Assembly (NCBI GenBank): GCA_965209155.1
Contig: OZ242383.1
Coordinates: 1,120,001 to 1,184,000 of the forward strand
Length of the DNA stretch: 64,000 bases
Source of the DNA: a bacterium
GTDB taxonomy: Bacteria; SAR324; NAC60-12
Direction: 5' to 3'
The notes under the pieces are model-generated. The model searched no databases. It was not told the origin of the DNA and saw only the letters and a program-made list of their open reading frames with translations. A program made the position numbers and the translations under genes. Positions 49,363 through 60,301 of this stretch are shown piece by piece; position 1 is the stretch's first letter; each line of letters begins with the position of its first letter.

Positions 49363-50703
49363 TTATTTTTCCCGCTTGATAAGGTGAAACCCAAATTGGG
49401 TTTCCACAATGGCGCTGATTTCTCCGGGGCGTAAAACGAAAACCGCTTTGTCAAATGCCGGGACCATCGCCCCTTCGGCAAAGCGTCCCAAATCTCCTCC
49501 CTTGGGAGCGGAAGGACCATCCGAATGCAGTTTGGCCAGCTCTGCGAAGTCTTCTCCCTGCCGCAACTGCCGGAGCAATGATTCAGCAATTTCACGTGCT
49601 GTTTCTTTGCTGCGCGTTTGTTGGGATCGCGTCGCTCCCTGGAAGGAAATCAAAATGTGTCTCGCTTCCACGAATCGCAGTTCAACGCGCTTCATGATGA
49701 GGTATCCGAAGGGAGAATCGATGGGGTCGCTGACCTGTCCGACTTTCAATCCGAGTGCCATTCTCAGAAAGTGAGGGGTTTCGGGATCATACCGAATATC
49801 AGGAATCCTGGTTTGTTGAGGGAGGTCGGAGAATTGCGCAACCAGCTCTGAAAAATCAACGCCTTGCCTGCGGGCCAAATCCGTGATCTGCTCCGCCACT
49901 GCCTGCGCGCCTGCTTTATCGTAATATATATCGGGTTTCGCATTGCGTACTCCTTTGTAAGCAATCACCATGAATTCCACACTGACTGCTTTCTCTACTT
50001 CCTGCTGCTCGCCCGGAACTCGGGAAGGATCAATTCGACTGGTTGCCTGCGGTACGATTTTGCGGTTTTTCTCTGACAACTTCTTTTCGGCTTCCAGGGC
50101 TTGTTCCATCATCATTGCCACATCAAAGGCCTTGGCATCCTCTCCTTTGCGGATGATAACGACTTGCTCGATACTGTCTTGCTGCTCGATGGAATCGACC
50201 ACATCCAACCCTGAGCGCACCTGACCAAATACTGAATGTTTGTTATCCAACCAGGGGGTGGCCTTGTGAGTGATGAAAAACTGGCTCCCGTTGGTATTCG
50301 GACCTGAATTGGCCATGGACAACACCCCTGCTCTATCATGACGGAGATCCGGGTGGAATTCATCCACAAAACGAAACCCGGGGCCTCCTCTCCCGTTACC
50401 CAGGGGGTCGCCTCCTTGAATCATGAAGTCTGCAATGACACGATGGAAAGACAAACCGTCATAAAATTTGGATGTTCTGGATTCACCCGTGACCGGGTCT
50501 TTCCATGCTTTGCTCCCTTCGGCCAATCCCACGAAATTGGCGACGGTGTTCGGTACTTTTTTATAGTACAGTTCGAGCAGTATCGAGCCCTTGCTCGTCT
50601 TCATTTCGACATAAAGTCCATCAGGGAGTTCATTCATATCGACTGCTTTGACAGGAAATGTGAAAAAAACGGTGAAAAACATGATAAATAAAACTCGATT
50701 CAT
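49363..50703 (-). CDS. Peptidyl-prolyl isomerase: cyclophilin plus two parvulin domains
   Basis: [62 protein letters not shown]; signal peptide. Confidence 0.9.
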   Translation of the reverse strand: MNRVLFIMFFTVFFTFPVKAVDMNELPDGLYVEMKTSKGSILLELYYKKVPNTVANFVGLAEGSKAWKDPVTGESRTSKFYDGLSFHRVIADFMIQGGDPLGNGRGGPGFRFVDEFHPDLRHDRAGVLSMANSGPNTNGSQFFITHKATPWLDNKHSVFGQVRSGLDVVDSIEQQDSIEQVVIIRKGEDAKAFDVAMMMEQALEAEKKLSEKNRKIVPQATSRIDPSRVPGEQQEVEKAVSVEFMVIAYKGVRNAKPDIYYDKAGAQAVAEQITDLARRQGVDFSELVAQFSDLPQQTRIPDIRYDPETPHFLRMALGLKVGQVSDPIDSPFGYLIMKRVELRFVEARHILISFQGATRSQQTRSKETAREIAESLLRQLRQGEDFAELAKLHSDGPSAPKGGDLGRFAEGAMVPAFDKAVFVLRPGEISAIVETQFGFHLIKREK

Positions 50704-50779
50704 GATGCCTTTTTTTAAATTGAGTGAGCGGTATCCAATGGTGACTTTCGCAGAGCGTTACCAGGAAGGTGGTAAGTGA

Positions 50780-51304
50780 TCATTTATCATAATCGTCGAT
50801 TGAAGTATAAAGGCCAACTTGCAGGTCCTTGGCCGAATAAATCAGCCGGTCGTCTACCGTCAATGTGCCATCCCCGAATCCCATGGCGAATTTTTTCCGT
50901 ACGAAAGTCCTGCGGATGTCAATCCGGTAAACGACTTTTTTTGCGGATCGCAGGACCTGGCCTTTGAATTTGACTTCTTTCACTCCCATAGCTCGTCCTT
51001 TTCCAGGCAGTCCCTTCCACCCCAGGAAGAAGCCGACCAACTGCCACATAGCGTCCAGACCCAGACATCCCGGCATTACCGGATCGGATTGGAAATGGCA
51101 ATCAAAAAACCAGAGTTCCGGTTTGATATCCAATTCCGCAATCATTTCACCATTCCCATAAATCCCTGTGTCCTCCGCAATATTTACGATACGATCCATC
51201 ATGAGCATGGGGGGAATCGGCAATCGAGCGTTGCCCTCACCAAAAATTTCGCCATACCCGCATTTTATGAGTTCATCATGAGTATAAGAGCTTTGTTTAA
51301 TCAT
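50780..51304 (-). CDS. fabA: 3-hydroxyacyl-ACP dehydratase/isomerase FabA
   Basis: [39 protein letters not shown]. Confidence 0.96.
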   Translation of the reverse strand: MIKQSSYTHDELIKCGYGEIFGEGNARLPIPPMLMMDRIVNIAEDTGIYGNGEMIAELDIKPELWFFDCHFQSDPVMPGCLGLDAMWQLVGFFLGWKGLPGKGRAMGVKEVKFKGQVLRSAKKVVYRIDIRRTFVRKKFAMGFGDGTLTVDDRLIYSAKDLQVGLYTSIDDYDK

Positions 51305-51462
51305 CAGAACAGCGAAGTGACTCGATTCATCTGCAGCGACTATACAAAAGAGGAAGCGGCAAAATCAATAAAATATAAACTCGTTGGAATCCACTATTAC
51401 ATGGAAGGTAAAGCTCCTTCTACCAGATATCAGTATCATTTGCACGATTAATTAATCTCATT

Positions 51463-52014
51463 AAACCACCAGCTCTGCTGGTGCGAACCTAATAGGTTTT
51501 GCCGGTCAGACATGAGAAACGTATCCGTGTCCGTTAGCCGTGCTCGTGCTCGTGAACGGTCAGTGAATTCGACGGCACATTTTGGTTAACATAGAAACAA
51601 TGCGATGAAGTAACTGTTTCCCTTCGTCAAATAAAGGAGGCTGGATGATCTTCAACACGTTTAAAACATCGAGAATAGCAGCGCATTCCATTGCGGAACC
51701 TCGGGCAAATGCATAGAATCGTTGCTTGTCAGGAAAGGAATTATTTCCACAGCCTTCTGCGATATTGAGAGGAATCGACCATGAGGCCCTTTTCAGTTGG
51801 TCAACTAAGGCTGAGTATCCTTTTGGCAATGTTTCGATGACTTGGACAGATAACGCTAAAAATTCGATGGAACATTGGTATACATCGAGTTTTTCATGAT
51901 CTAACATGGCAGCCTTTTTCGTTCACGAGCACGAGCACGTCTTACGATGACGAACACGTTTTGCCCCCATCCTGGGGGCCTCTTCAAGCCACCGGCTCTG
52001 CCGGTGGTGATGAC
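51463..52014. mobile_element. Putative non-autonomous IS200/IS605-like element carrying a four-helix-bundle gene
   Basis: Matching end hairpins CACCAGC-TCT-GCTGGTG and GCCACCGGC-TCT-GCCGGTGGT, terminal TGAC, no transposase inside. Confidence 0.55.
51560..51907 (-). CDS. Four helix bundle protein (23S rRNA IVP / bAvd-like family)
   Basis: HEKLDVY, DQLKRAS.SIPLNIAEG, RFY..ARGSAMEC, RIVSMLTK. Confidence 0.92.
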   Translation of the reverse strand: MLDHEKLDVYQCSIEFLALSVQVIETLPKGYSALVDQLKRASWSIPLNIAEGCGNNSFPDKQRFYAFARGSAMECAAILDVLNVLKIIQPPLFDEGKQLLHRIVSMLTKMCRRIH

Positions 52015-52077
52015 TCGGAATTATACGCGTCTGGTGGAAAAACTTCGTTATCGCCTGCGATAGTGCGAACTACCGTT

Positions 52078-55000
52078 TCAAGGATTCGGTACTTCTGTCA
52101 GCGTTGGAGCAGGTGGTTCTTCTGATTTACGGAAGCGTTGCAACCAGGAATTCAATTTTTCTTTGGCCGCATCATTGAGGGAATAAAGGATGGGCACCAT
52201 GAATAAAGTCATGAATGTGGCAACCGAAAGACCATACATGACGGCGAAGTTCATTGGTTTCCAAAAAGTGCCTCCTTCCGAACCAAAGACCACTACATCC
52301 GGCCAGCGGTAAAAATTGATATCCAGCCCCATGGTGATGGGAAGCAACCCTAAAATAGTGGTGACCGCAGTGAGCACCACCGGACGAAGGCGTCCCATCC
52401 CTGCCAGTATCACCGCCTCGTTCCGGGGATATCCCTGAGCCCTCAGTCGATTGGTGTAATCGAGCAAGACTATCGCATTGTTGACCACGATACCTGCCAG
52501 CGAAATGGTTCCAATACCCCCCATCAAAATGCTGATTGGTTGACCATGGATGATCATGCCCAGGAAGACGCCACTGATGGACGCGAAGATCGATGCCAGT
52601 ATGACAAAAGGCAGGGTCAGGGAATTGAATTGGGTGACCAGTACCATAAAAATCAAAAACAAGGCGATGATGAAACTTTGTAGTAAAAATTCCTGAGATT
52701 CCTCTTGTTGCTGGTTGGCGCCGGTGTAGGAAATTGAAATCCCTTCCGGTAGGGAAAAATCTTGTAGCAGAGTTCGTATTTCCCTTATTATATCTGCTCC
52801 TGTGCTCTCTTTTGAAGCATCTCCCGTCACGGTGATCACTCGTTTCAGGTCAATATGACGGAGTGAGCCTGTTGTCGGTTTCCTGCCCACGGAGGCCAAT
52901 TCATTCAAGGGGATCGAAGTTCCCTCCGGGGTCAAAATATAAAGGGATGCCAGGTCGGTATCAAATTGCCGGAATTGCTCATCGAGTCTCACAATGATGT
53001 CGTACTCGTCCTGCCCCAGCCGGTAGGTGGACACATCCCTGCCATTGAATGCCGCGCGAATCAAACTCGCCACTTGCGACGTTCTCAGGCCATGTCGCGC
53101 GATTTTATCCCGGTCGATGGTCACCCTGATTTCGGAACGGTTTGTTTCAAAATCACTTTCCAGGTTGACCAGTCCTTTCACGTTTTCTATGCGTTCCATG
53201 ATGGCATCGGAGACTTCATTCATCGTTTCAAAATCTTTTCCACTCAATTCGATATTGACCGCTCTACCTGCCGGTGGACCCATCTCTTCCTGAGTCAGAC
53301 GGACCTCGGCCCCCACAAATTTTGGCAGAAACTTTCTGATTTCTTCAATGACGTCTGAGGGCCGCAATTCCTTCCACCCCTGCCAGTCCGGAAAAGCAAG
53401 GCGGACCCGGCTTTCCCAGGGACGGTTGCTATCCCCCACACTGGCAATGACTGCATCGGTGTGTTTGCCATAAGCCAGTACGTCTGTTTCCACCTCTTTG
53501 ACGATTTCATCAGAACTGGTCAAATTGGTACCAAAAGGCGCATCGATACGCACTATGGCACTGCGTGGTTCCTGCACCGGAAAGAATTCTGTCTTGTTCT
53601 CGGGATTGCTGACCATGAAATAAAACAGTACGATCCCCCACCAGAAAATACCCATAACCAGAAGTGAAAGCCAGGGATGTTGCAGGGACCAACTTAAAAC
53701 CGTACGATAGTGGACCAGCAATTCTAAATATAATTGGTCCACTTTCCCCAGTTTCCTTGGTCGTTTCATCAAAGTGGAGCATATCACCGGGTTGAAAATC
53801 AGGCCGACAACCAAAGAACAGCTTAAGGCAATGATAAGAACCTTGGGTAAATAATTCATGAACTCGCCCATGATGCCAGGCATGAAAATCAAAGGAAAAA
53901 AGGCCATTAGAGTCGTGATGGTCGAGGAGATAACCGGAAAGGCCACTTCACTGACTCCGACCACTGCAGCTTCTCGACGTGGCATGCCTGATTGCACGTG
54001 ACGATAGATATTTTCAACCACCACGATGGCATTGTCCACCATCATCCCCAATGCGAGGATCAGGCTGAAGAGTACCACGAAATTGAGGGTGATCCCGACC
54101 CATTGCAGAATCATGAAACTCATCAACATTGAAAATGGAATCGCCAGAGCTACGAATAAAGAATTACGTCCACCTATGACCAGCAACAGGACCACACAGA
54201 CAAAGATAATCCCGGTAAAAATATTATTTTCCAGGTCACTGACCAGACGATCGACAAACTCGGAGTTGTCGTTGAGGAAGGTGTATTTGACTTTCCCTCC
54301 ATAGAGGGATTCTTCCTCTTGAACGATTTCTTTGATTTGCCTGGAAATGCGGGTCAGGTTTTCCCCACTGCGTTTGGAAATTTCCAGGGAAACCGACTCC
54401 AAACCATTCAAGCGGGAACGGCTTTCCACTTCCTTGAAAGTGAATTCTACCTCGGCAAGATCTTTGATCGAAATCGGTCCGTAACCCGGAGCCGAAATGA
54501 TCATGTTTTGAATTTCAGCAATGTCGTGGACTTCTCCCGGAATATTGATCTGGAAGCGCATGCGACCAACGTTTATGGTCCCTCCGGGAATGGTACGGTT
54601 CTCGGCGCTAATCGTGTCGGAAATCATATTCAAATCGAGATTGTAATATCGCAACTTGTCGGGGTCGACGTTGACCTGCACTTCCTTTTCCAACCCCCCT
54701 ATGCGTGTCACTTCCAAAATTCCGGGGATGCTCTCGATTCGATCCTTGAGATCGTCGGCGATCATTTTTAAATTGACCAGCCCGAATGCGCCGGAAAGAT
54801 TGATAATCAGAATCGGTTCCTCGGAGAGATTGATTTCCTGCAATACCGCATCTTCCGCGTCATCTGGCAGCTCGGGCTCTACTTGATCCACTTTTTCGCG
54901 CACTTCATCCATCGCATCATCAATGTTGAAATCGGGAGTGAATTCCAGTTGGATGATGGCGGATCCATCCGTGGCCGTAGATTTCATCTCCTTCAAGTGG

Positions 55001-55230
55001 TCAATATTCTGCAACTCCTTTTCCAGTTTATTCACGATTTGCGATTCCACGTCCCCGGGAGAAGCGCCCGGGAAGGGAACGTTGACGATTATCAATGGAA
55101 TTTGAATATCGGGTGCAGCTTCCCGTGGTAAGGAGCGATAGGCTGATGCTCCGGCAAAGATCAACAAGAGCATCAGAATGAAAATGGTGGCGGGTTTGTG
55201 AATGGCGAATTTACTGGGTATGAATTCCAT
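52078..55230 (-). CDS. RND efflux transporter permease
   Basis: LPREAAPDI.IP, GMMVDNAIVVVENI, GIVVNNAIVLLD, RLRPVVLTA.TT.LGLLP. Confidence 0.93.
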   Translation of the reverse strand: MEFIPSKFAIHKPATIFILMLLLIFAGASAYRSLPREAAPDIQIPLIIVNVPFPGASPGDVESQIVNKLEKELQNIDHLKEMKSTATDGSAIIQLEFTPDFNIDDAMDEVREKVDQVEPELPDDAEDAVLQEINLSEEPILIINLSGAFGLVNLKMIADDLKDRIESIPGILEVTRIGGLEKEVQVNVDPDKLRYYNLDLNMISDTISAENRTIPGGTINVGRMRFQINIPGEVHDIAEIQNMIISAPGYGPISIKDLAEVEFTFKEVESRSRLNGLESVSLEISKRSGENLTRISRQIKEIVQEEESLYGGKVKYTFLNDNSEFVDRLVSDLENNIFTGIIFVCVVLLLVIGGRNSLFVALAIPFSMLMSFMILQWVGITLNFVVLFSLILALGMMVDNAIVVVENIYRHVQSGMPRREAAVVGVSEVAFPVISSTITTLMAFFPLIFMPGIMGEFMNYLPKVLIIALSCSLVVGLIFNPVICSTLMKRPRKLGKVDQLYLELLVHYRTVLSWSLQHPWLSLLVMGIFWWGIVLFYFMVSNPENKTEFFPVQEPRSAIVRIDAPFGTNLTSSDEIVKEVETDVLAYGKHTDAVIASVGDSNRPWESRVRLAFPDWQGWKELRPSDVIEEIRKFLPKFVGAEVRLTQEEMGPPAGRAVNIELSGKDFETMNEVSDAIMERIENVKGLVNLESDFETNRSEIRVTIDRDKIARHGLRTSQVASLIRAAFNGRDVSTYRLGQDEYDIIVRLDEQFRQFDTDLASLYILTPEGTSIPLNELASVGRKPTTGSLRHIDLKRVITVTGDASKESTGADIIREIRTLLQDFSLPEGISISYTGANQQQEESQEFLLQSFIIALFLIFMVLVTQFNSLTLPFVILASIFASISGVFLGMIIHGQPISILMGGIGTISLAGIVVNNAIVLLDYTNRLRAQGYPRNEAVILAGMGRLRPVVLTAVTTILGLLPITMGLDINFYRWPDVVVFGSEGGTFWKPMNFAVMYGLSVATFMTLFMVPILYSLNDAAKEKLNSWLQRFRKSEEPPAPTLTEVPNP

Positions 55231-55238
55231 GACTGCTG

Positions 55239-56309
55239 TTACTTGGGACTGGGAGTTTCTGCTTTTTGCTTAAAAGCTTTCAACACGTTGACCTTTTCTT
55301 CATTGGTCAGGAAATGCTGACCCGTGACAATCAGTTTGTCGCCACTTTGCAGTCCGGAAAGGATTTGCACTTCGTCTTTGACGACAGTACCCAAAATAAC
55401 CGGTCTTTCGATCGCCATTCCGTTTTTCTCAATAAAGACAATGCGATTCGCTTCCCTTTCCAGGATGGCATAACTGGGAATAATGATCTCGCTGGGTTCT
55501 GCAATAGTGACCATTTCCACTCGCGCCATCATGCCGGGTAGCAATTGGCGACTGGGATTATCCAGGAGAATTTCGGCCGGGAAACTGCGATTTTGCAAAT
55601 CCGCTTCCAACCCGATGGTATGTACCGTTCCATTGAATACTGACCCGGGAATGGCATCAATGCGGATTTTCACTTCTTTCTCCGGAGAAACAAATCGAAT
55701 TTCTCTTTCAGGAATGTTAATTGCGGCTAACACTTTTGAGATGTCCATGATTTCGAAAAGATTTCCTCCTCGACTGGCGAGTTCTCCTTCATCCAGGTGT
55801 CGGGTTTTGACCACACCTGAAATGGAGGCCTTCACCTGTGATTTTTCCAAGTCCAACTCCGCCAGTTCCAGGTTAATTTTTCTCACGTCACGGTTGGTCC
55901 GCCTGGAATCGACACTGGCAGCCGTGGATACGTTGCGATCAAAGAGGAGCTTTTCCGTCTTATAGTCCGATTCAGCCAAGTCGTAATTGGCTTTGGCCAG
56001 TTTGACGTTCAAAGTCAGACGTTCGGTGGAGATATCGACGAGGGTATTGCCTTTTTTCACCGATTGCCCCTCATCGTAATATACTTTTTCAACAGTTCCT
56101 TCTGCTTCCGCTCGAATCAAAACGCGCTCCAGGGGTTGCAGGTGCCCCACATAGGAACTGTGCACCGTCAATTGACGGGATGCCAATTCCAGGGTTTCCA
56201 CGTTCGTGATGGCTTTACTTTGCGCCATAACGCCGGCAGCCATGCTCAGCGTAACAGCCATTATTGCCAGTTTCTTTGATACAATTCTTGATTTCATAAC
56301 TTTTTCCAT
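55239..56309 (-). CDS. RND periplasmic adaptor (MFP)
   Basis: Lipoyl halves with an intervening helical hairpin, LLPGMMA. Confidence 0.9.
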   Translation of the reverse strand: MEKVMKSRIVSKKLAIMAVTLSMAAGVMAQSKAITNVETLELASRQLTVHSSYVGHLQPLERVLIRAEAEGTVEKVYYDEGQSVKKGNTLVDISTERLTLNVKLAKANYDLAESDYKTEKLLFDRNVSTAASVDSRRTNRDVRKINLELAELDLEKSQVKASISGVVKTRHLDEGELASRGGNLFEIMDISKVLAAINIPEREIRFVSPEKEVKIRIDAIPGSVFNGTVHTIGLEADLQNRSFPAEILLDNPSRQLLPGMMARVEMVTIAEPSEIIIPSYAILEREANRIVFIEKNGMAIERPVILGTVVKDEVQILSGLQSGDKLIVTGQHFLTNEEKVNVLKAFKQKAETPSPK

Positions 56310-56324
56310 AATGGAGGTTGATGC

Positions 56325-57962
56325 TTAGAGGGGAATTTGAAACCGTTCAAAGATATCCCCTGTGAGAACTATTAAAGACAAGTGAATCTTTTCTTGGTTG
56401 ATCAGGCTTTGTATTTCACTGCTTTGAGCAGCAATCAATTCCTGCTGGGCCTGGGCCACTTGAAAACCCGTACTTTGGCCAAGTTTTTGTTTTTCAATTT
56501 GTTGCTGCAACACGTCGTTGGCCAATTCACGAATGGCCGCAGCATGATGGATCTCTTGTTCAGCAAAACGTAATTGTCGCTCTATGGTTTTCAACTCGAC
56601 CAGCAAATCGTCTTTCAGGTTGGCCATTTGAATGTCCAATTGCAGACCTTCCAGTTTTTTCTGTTTGATCAACTCCGGTGTTTTGTGATCAAACAAGGGC
56701 ATTGACCAGGTCAACTCGAGATGATACCCATGCGCCTGCGGTTGACCATATGTTTCAAAGGTCTCGGAAAAATTCCCTCCCGCTCCTTGAAAAGTATAGC
56801 TTAAATTCAAATCCAGGTCCGGCGCTTCTTGATTGAAGGCTTCTTGCAGATCGTATTCATTGTTCTGAACCTGAGCTTCCAAGGCCTGCAATTCCACTGA
56901 GTTCTGCCACACTTTCTGCAGTTCTTCTTCAAATCGGAAACGAATTTTTCGCAGCTGCGGAGTATCTCCCGGTAAAATACCATGGGGCAGGTCTTGCAGG
57001 TTCAGTGCGACTTTAACCTGATCTTCTATCGTGCGAATCTGGTTGTCGATTTCCAGCAGTTGTTGTTGGGTTCGTAATAATTGGATTTCACTTTGCTTGA
57101 GGTCCACCAGGGTGATCACTCCCGCATCCATACGAATTCGATTTTCTTCAACCAGTTGCCGGGCCAGCGCAATTGCGTTTTTAAGGACTTCTCGCGTTTT
57201 CCACAATCCTGCGAGATCCCAATAGACTCGGGCGAACAATTCCAATACCTGCAATTTGGTTTGCCTGGTGCTCACTTTGCTCATGCGCAAACCCACCTTA
57301 TTGCGCAATACCGGTAAATCGTTGATGCGACCCCAGTCCTGGTAGATCGGTACGGATAGACCCAAGGTCATAGAAGAAGAAACCAATGGATCATTGGTCT
57401 TTCCTCTCTGTTCCAGCTTACCATCCTCCAAGAGCGTGAAACTTCTGCGTTGGTTGCTTCTTTCGGAAAATGTAGCCGAATAGCTCACTCCATTGAACAG
57501 ATTTTGGGACCAACGTGAAGAGAATGAGTGAGAATCGTTCAGGTTGAGGTTCAAAGATGGAGAAGCATCGCCGGAAGCGTTGAACGAGGCATCAGCCGTT
57601 CGATTCAAATTGAAGGAATGGCTTAAAACCGGGTTATTGCGATTTTCCGAAGACAGGAGGGCGCTGGTAGCGATTTCTTCACTAAAACGAGCAGACTGGA
57701 TGGATGAATTGAATTTCATAACCAATTGCAAAGTGGCTTTCAGTGTGGGCTTGACAATCAGACGGTTTTCAACTTCCACGAATTCCAGGCCCGGGAAAGT
57801 CAATAGTTGTTGCAGGAGAGCATTTCTATCTGATTCCTCAGCCCATACAGGTGACGTGACAAAAAAGAGAGATGATGTCACAAACATTATCGAAATCAAG
57901 TTCCTCAACCCAAGCAGGCGTGGTCCCTTGACCCGAAGGCACCGGTGTGAAGGTATATGCAT
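56325..57962 (-). CDS. TolC-family outer membrane protein
   Basis: Signal peptide, two OEP-like repeats (LSVPIYQ, YWDL, WSMPLF), first gene of the RND operon; start uncertain. Confidence 0.82.
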   Translation of the reverse strand: MHIPSHRCLRVKGPRLLGLRNLISIMFVTSSLFFVTSPVWAEESDRNALLQQLLTFPGLEFVEVENRLIVKPTLKATLQLVMKFNSSIQSARFSEEIATSALLSSENRNNPVLSHSFNLNRTADASFNASGDASPSLNLNLNDSHSFSSRWSQNLFNGVSYSATFSERSNQRRSFTLLEDGKLEQRGKTNDPLVSSSMTLGLSVPIYQDWGRINDLPVLRNKVGLRMSKVSTRQTKLQVLELFARVYWDLAGLWKTREVLKNAIALARQLVEENRIRMDAGVITLVDLKQSEIQLLRTQQQLLEIDNQIRTIEDQVKVALNLQDLPHGILPGDTPQLRKIRFRFEEELQKVWQNSVELQALEAQVQNNEYDLQEAFNQEAPDLDLNLSYTFQGAGGNFSETFETYGQPQAHGYHLELTWSMPLFDHKTPELIKQKKLEGLQLDIQMANLKDDLLVELKTIERQLRFAEQEIHHAAAIRELANDVLQQQIEKQKLGQSTGFQVAQAQQELIAAQSSEIQSLINQEKIHLSLIVLTGDIFERFQIPL

Positions 57963-58028
57963 TCAGTTTTCTACGCATTAAAAGTGTGTTGGTAACTACA
58001 AGTAAATGCCAGTAAAATCAAGAGAATT

Positions 58029-58159
58029 TATGATCTTTTGAAACCCGGCGCATTACCAACTGTTTCAGGATAACAAATTTCCGATAAAATGTTTATCTTG
58101 CAAGTAACAATTTGTAACAACTTGTATAAGTCTCCATGATCCTGCGCATTGCCAGTCTT
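58029..58159 (-). promoter_or_regulatory. Upstream module of RND operon 2
   Basis: Homologous to 26965-27100. Confidence 0.7.
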
Positions 58160-58359
58160 TCAAAAAAACTCCTCTTGCGGAAATTCACGAGTCACTCTGA
58201 ATAAATCAGTGACCATGGCTATTGATTTTTGCCAGACAATTAAATCCCGGTATGTTTTGATAATCAAAACCTCTCACCTGATCAAGCAACCACTCCCCCT
58301 CAAAATAAACAATTCCGCAGTCACCTTTGTGCCTTTGTGCCTGGCCGGAAATTGTTCCA

Positions 58360-58573
58360 TGAATCCCAAATGGAGTTTTTATTGCAAAACTTGTTCAAAA
58401 CGTTTCGCCCCTTGCGGGCCAAACGTATTCCTGGCAAACATAGCATCGTCAATGCGATTTTGTTTGTCGTAAAAACGAGTTGTCAGTGGAGTATTCTCCT
58501 CCATGATTTACCTCCCTGGCAAAGCGTTTACGATCATTATCGCCATTGGAAAAAACACTGGATTGTGGAGTGA
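58360..58573 (+). pseudogene. IS5-family transposase N-terminal fragment
   Basis: IVNAILFVVKTSCQW..L.HDLPPWQSVY..YR.W (DUF4096-like). Confidence 0.75.
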
Positions 58574-58853
58574 ACCTTCGCTTTTTGGCTCATTCTCATA
58601 AAGAAGCGGATCTCCCTGATTGATAGATTTTTAATTTTTTTACGAATCCCGCATTTTTTTCATTTGGGGGTTGACATTATACAAAAAAGATATATGCTGC
58701 CAAAATAATGCCTTCACTAAGTTGTTTTAGTGAAAGAGAGGGTCCCCGATTGATGGAACCATATCGTGGGAGGACTTGAAAACGATCGCTCCTCTCCAGG
58801 AATCTTTTTTGATATTTAACTGAACGGGTTTTTCAGAGATCTGAATAGTTACG
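58521..58853 (+). promoter_or_regulatory. SBP promoter/leader cassette, copy C
   Basis: Inverted homologue of 33797-34135; TTGACA-16 bp-TATGCT. Confidence 0.75.
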
Positions 58854-58934
58854 TTACCTTTTTAATGGGAATTATATACAAAGTTAACCACGGATTCACA
58901 CACTTGACATCCCAACGTAAAGAGTAATCACGGC

Positions 58935-59093
58935 CTACTCTTTACTTTCTTCCTTCTGCATAAATTTCCATTGATCAGAACGCCGGGGCGGGGATTTTAA
59001 AAACACAGTTATGATCTCGTCTGCCGTTGCGTTAATCTTTTCCGGCATCGGCTTGGCGGGTCTTCCTACTTTTTTCTTCTCTTTTGTTTTCAT
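58935..59093 (-). CDS. Small basic passenger protein of IS1595
   Basis: AGGAG RBS; MKTKEKKKVGRPAKPMPEKINAT.DEI. Confidence 0.55.
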   Translation of the reverse strand: MKTKEKKKVGRPAKPMPEKINATADEIITVFLKSPPRRSDQWKFMQKEESKE

Positions 59094-59168
59094 TTTAAAT
59101 CTCCTGATATATTGTTGACATTCCTTCACAATCAAGTAGCTAATCTGATCATGCAGGAATGCAAATAT

Positions 59169-60101
59169 TCAAGCTATCAGATTTTTATACTTAAGCCGTT
59201 TTCCTTCCATGCCTTTGGCCATTGATTCGATTTGTGCCAGGGTATCAAGCTCTCGCTGATTTTGCCTACCAGCAAATTCCTTAACATAGCGATCCAAATG
59301 CTTGGCACTCATTTTGTGATATGTCCCTTTGTGTCCCCTTTTGAGCATACTCCAGAAGGAATCAATACCAGCAGTATGGACATCTCCTCTCACGTATTCA
59401 TCGTGGCTATGCCGGACAGATTCATGATTAGGAAGCCCCTTATAAACGGTAGCTTCGTCTGTATAAATCATGGAATTTTGTTTTACATATTCCTGGATCA
59501 TCTTCTCAATAACCGGCTTCTTTGTATCTTCCGTTGCGGTGGCTACCACTTGTCCGGTCTCTCGATCCTTAATACCTACAACTGGGGATTTGCCAACCGT
59601 ACCCCGTCCCTCTTTCTTCTTTTTAGACTCATGTTTCAGAGATTCCTTACCCCCTACATAAGTCTCGTCCATTTCAACCGGACCATTAAAAAGAGGTTTG
59701 TTATTATTCCAGCATTCCCGGATTCTATGATTGACAAACCATGCCGTTTTTTGAGTAAATCCCAATTCCCGGTATAGCTTCATACTGGCAACCCCTTTGA
59801 TATTCGTGGCCATCAGATAGAAAGCGAAAGCCCACTTCCGGTAACCAATTTTAGAAGCTTCCATAGCCGTTCCGGTCTTCACTGAAAAAAACTTCCTACA
59901 ATCTTTACAACGAAACGGCATCGGATTTTTAGAATTTTCATACTTTATAATTCGCTCGCTTTCACAATGTGCACATCGTATCCCATCAGGCCATCGCTTA
60001 TCAATGAACATTTTTTCAGCCGTCTTGTCATCTGGGAACATGTCCATCAGTTCCAAAACCGTGATGCCTTTTCTGTGATTTTTTCCGGGTGCTTCTGCCA
60101 T
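59169..60101 (-). CDS. IS1595-family transposase
   Basis: Zn ribbon CAHC..CKDC, VEMDETYVGG, YTDE..Y, V.HS..EYV, HKMS.KHL.RY..EF. Confidence 0.95.
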   Translation of the reverse strand: MAEAPGKNHRKGITVLELMDMFPDDKTAEKMFIDKRWPDGIRCAHCESERIIKYENSKNPMPFRCKDCRKFFSVKTGTAMEASKIGYRKWAFAFYLMATNIKGVASMKLYRELGFTQKTAWFVNHRIRECWNNNKPLFNGPVEMDETYVGGKESLKHESKKKKEGRGTVGKSPVVGIKDRETGQVVATATEDTKKPVIEKMIQEYVKQNSMIYTDEATVYKGLPNHESVRHSHDEYVRGDVHTAGIDSFWSMLKRGHKGTYHKMSAKHLDRYVKEFAGRQNQRELDTLAQIESMAKGMEGKRLKYKNLIA

Positions 60102-60301
60102 TTTTCAACTCCATGAAAAGTTAATAATTTTAGAAGTATATTAACCAATAAATCACAGTCTGTCAACAAAAAAATGCGTTTTTATTCATTTTTGTTTATT
60201 ATTTTTGGACTGGGATTAGGCGAGGCGTAGCGCCCGGCCTGCAAATCCATGGTTAACTTTGTATATAATTCCCTTTTTAATTTTGTAATGGAGAAAGTAA
60301 A

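Larger units (their letters stand above)
58867..60273 (-). mobile_element. IS1595-family insertion sequence
   Basis: 30-bp TIRs GGGAATTATATACAAAGTTAACCA[C/T]GGATT with one mismatch; 8-bp TSD TTTTTAAT at 58859-58866 and 60274-60281. Confidence 0.95.

Noticed and set aside
51560..51907. Diversity-generating retroelement (Avd-like gene plus variable SBPs)
   Set aside because: No reverse transcriptase and no TR/VR pair with adenine-specific differences seen in the window
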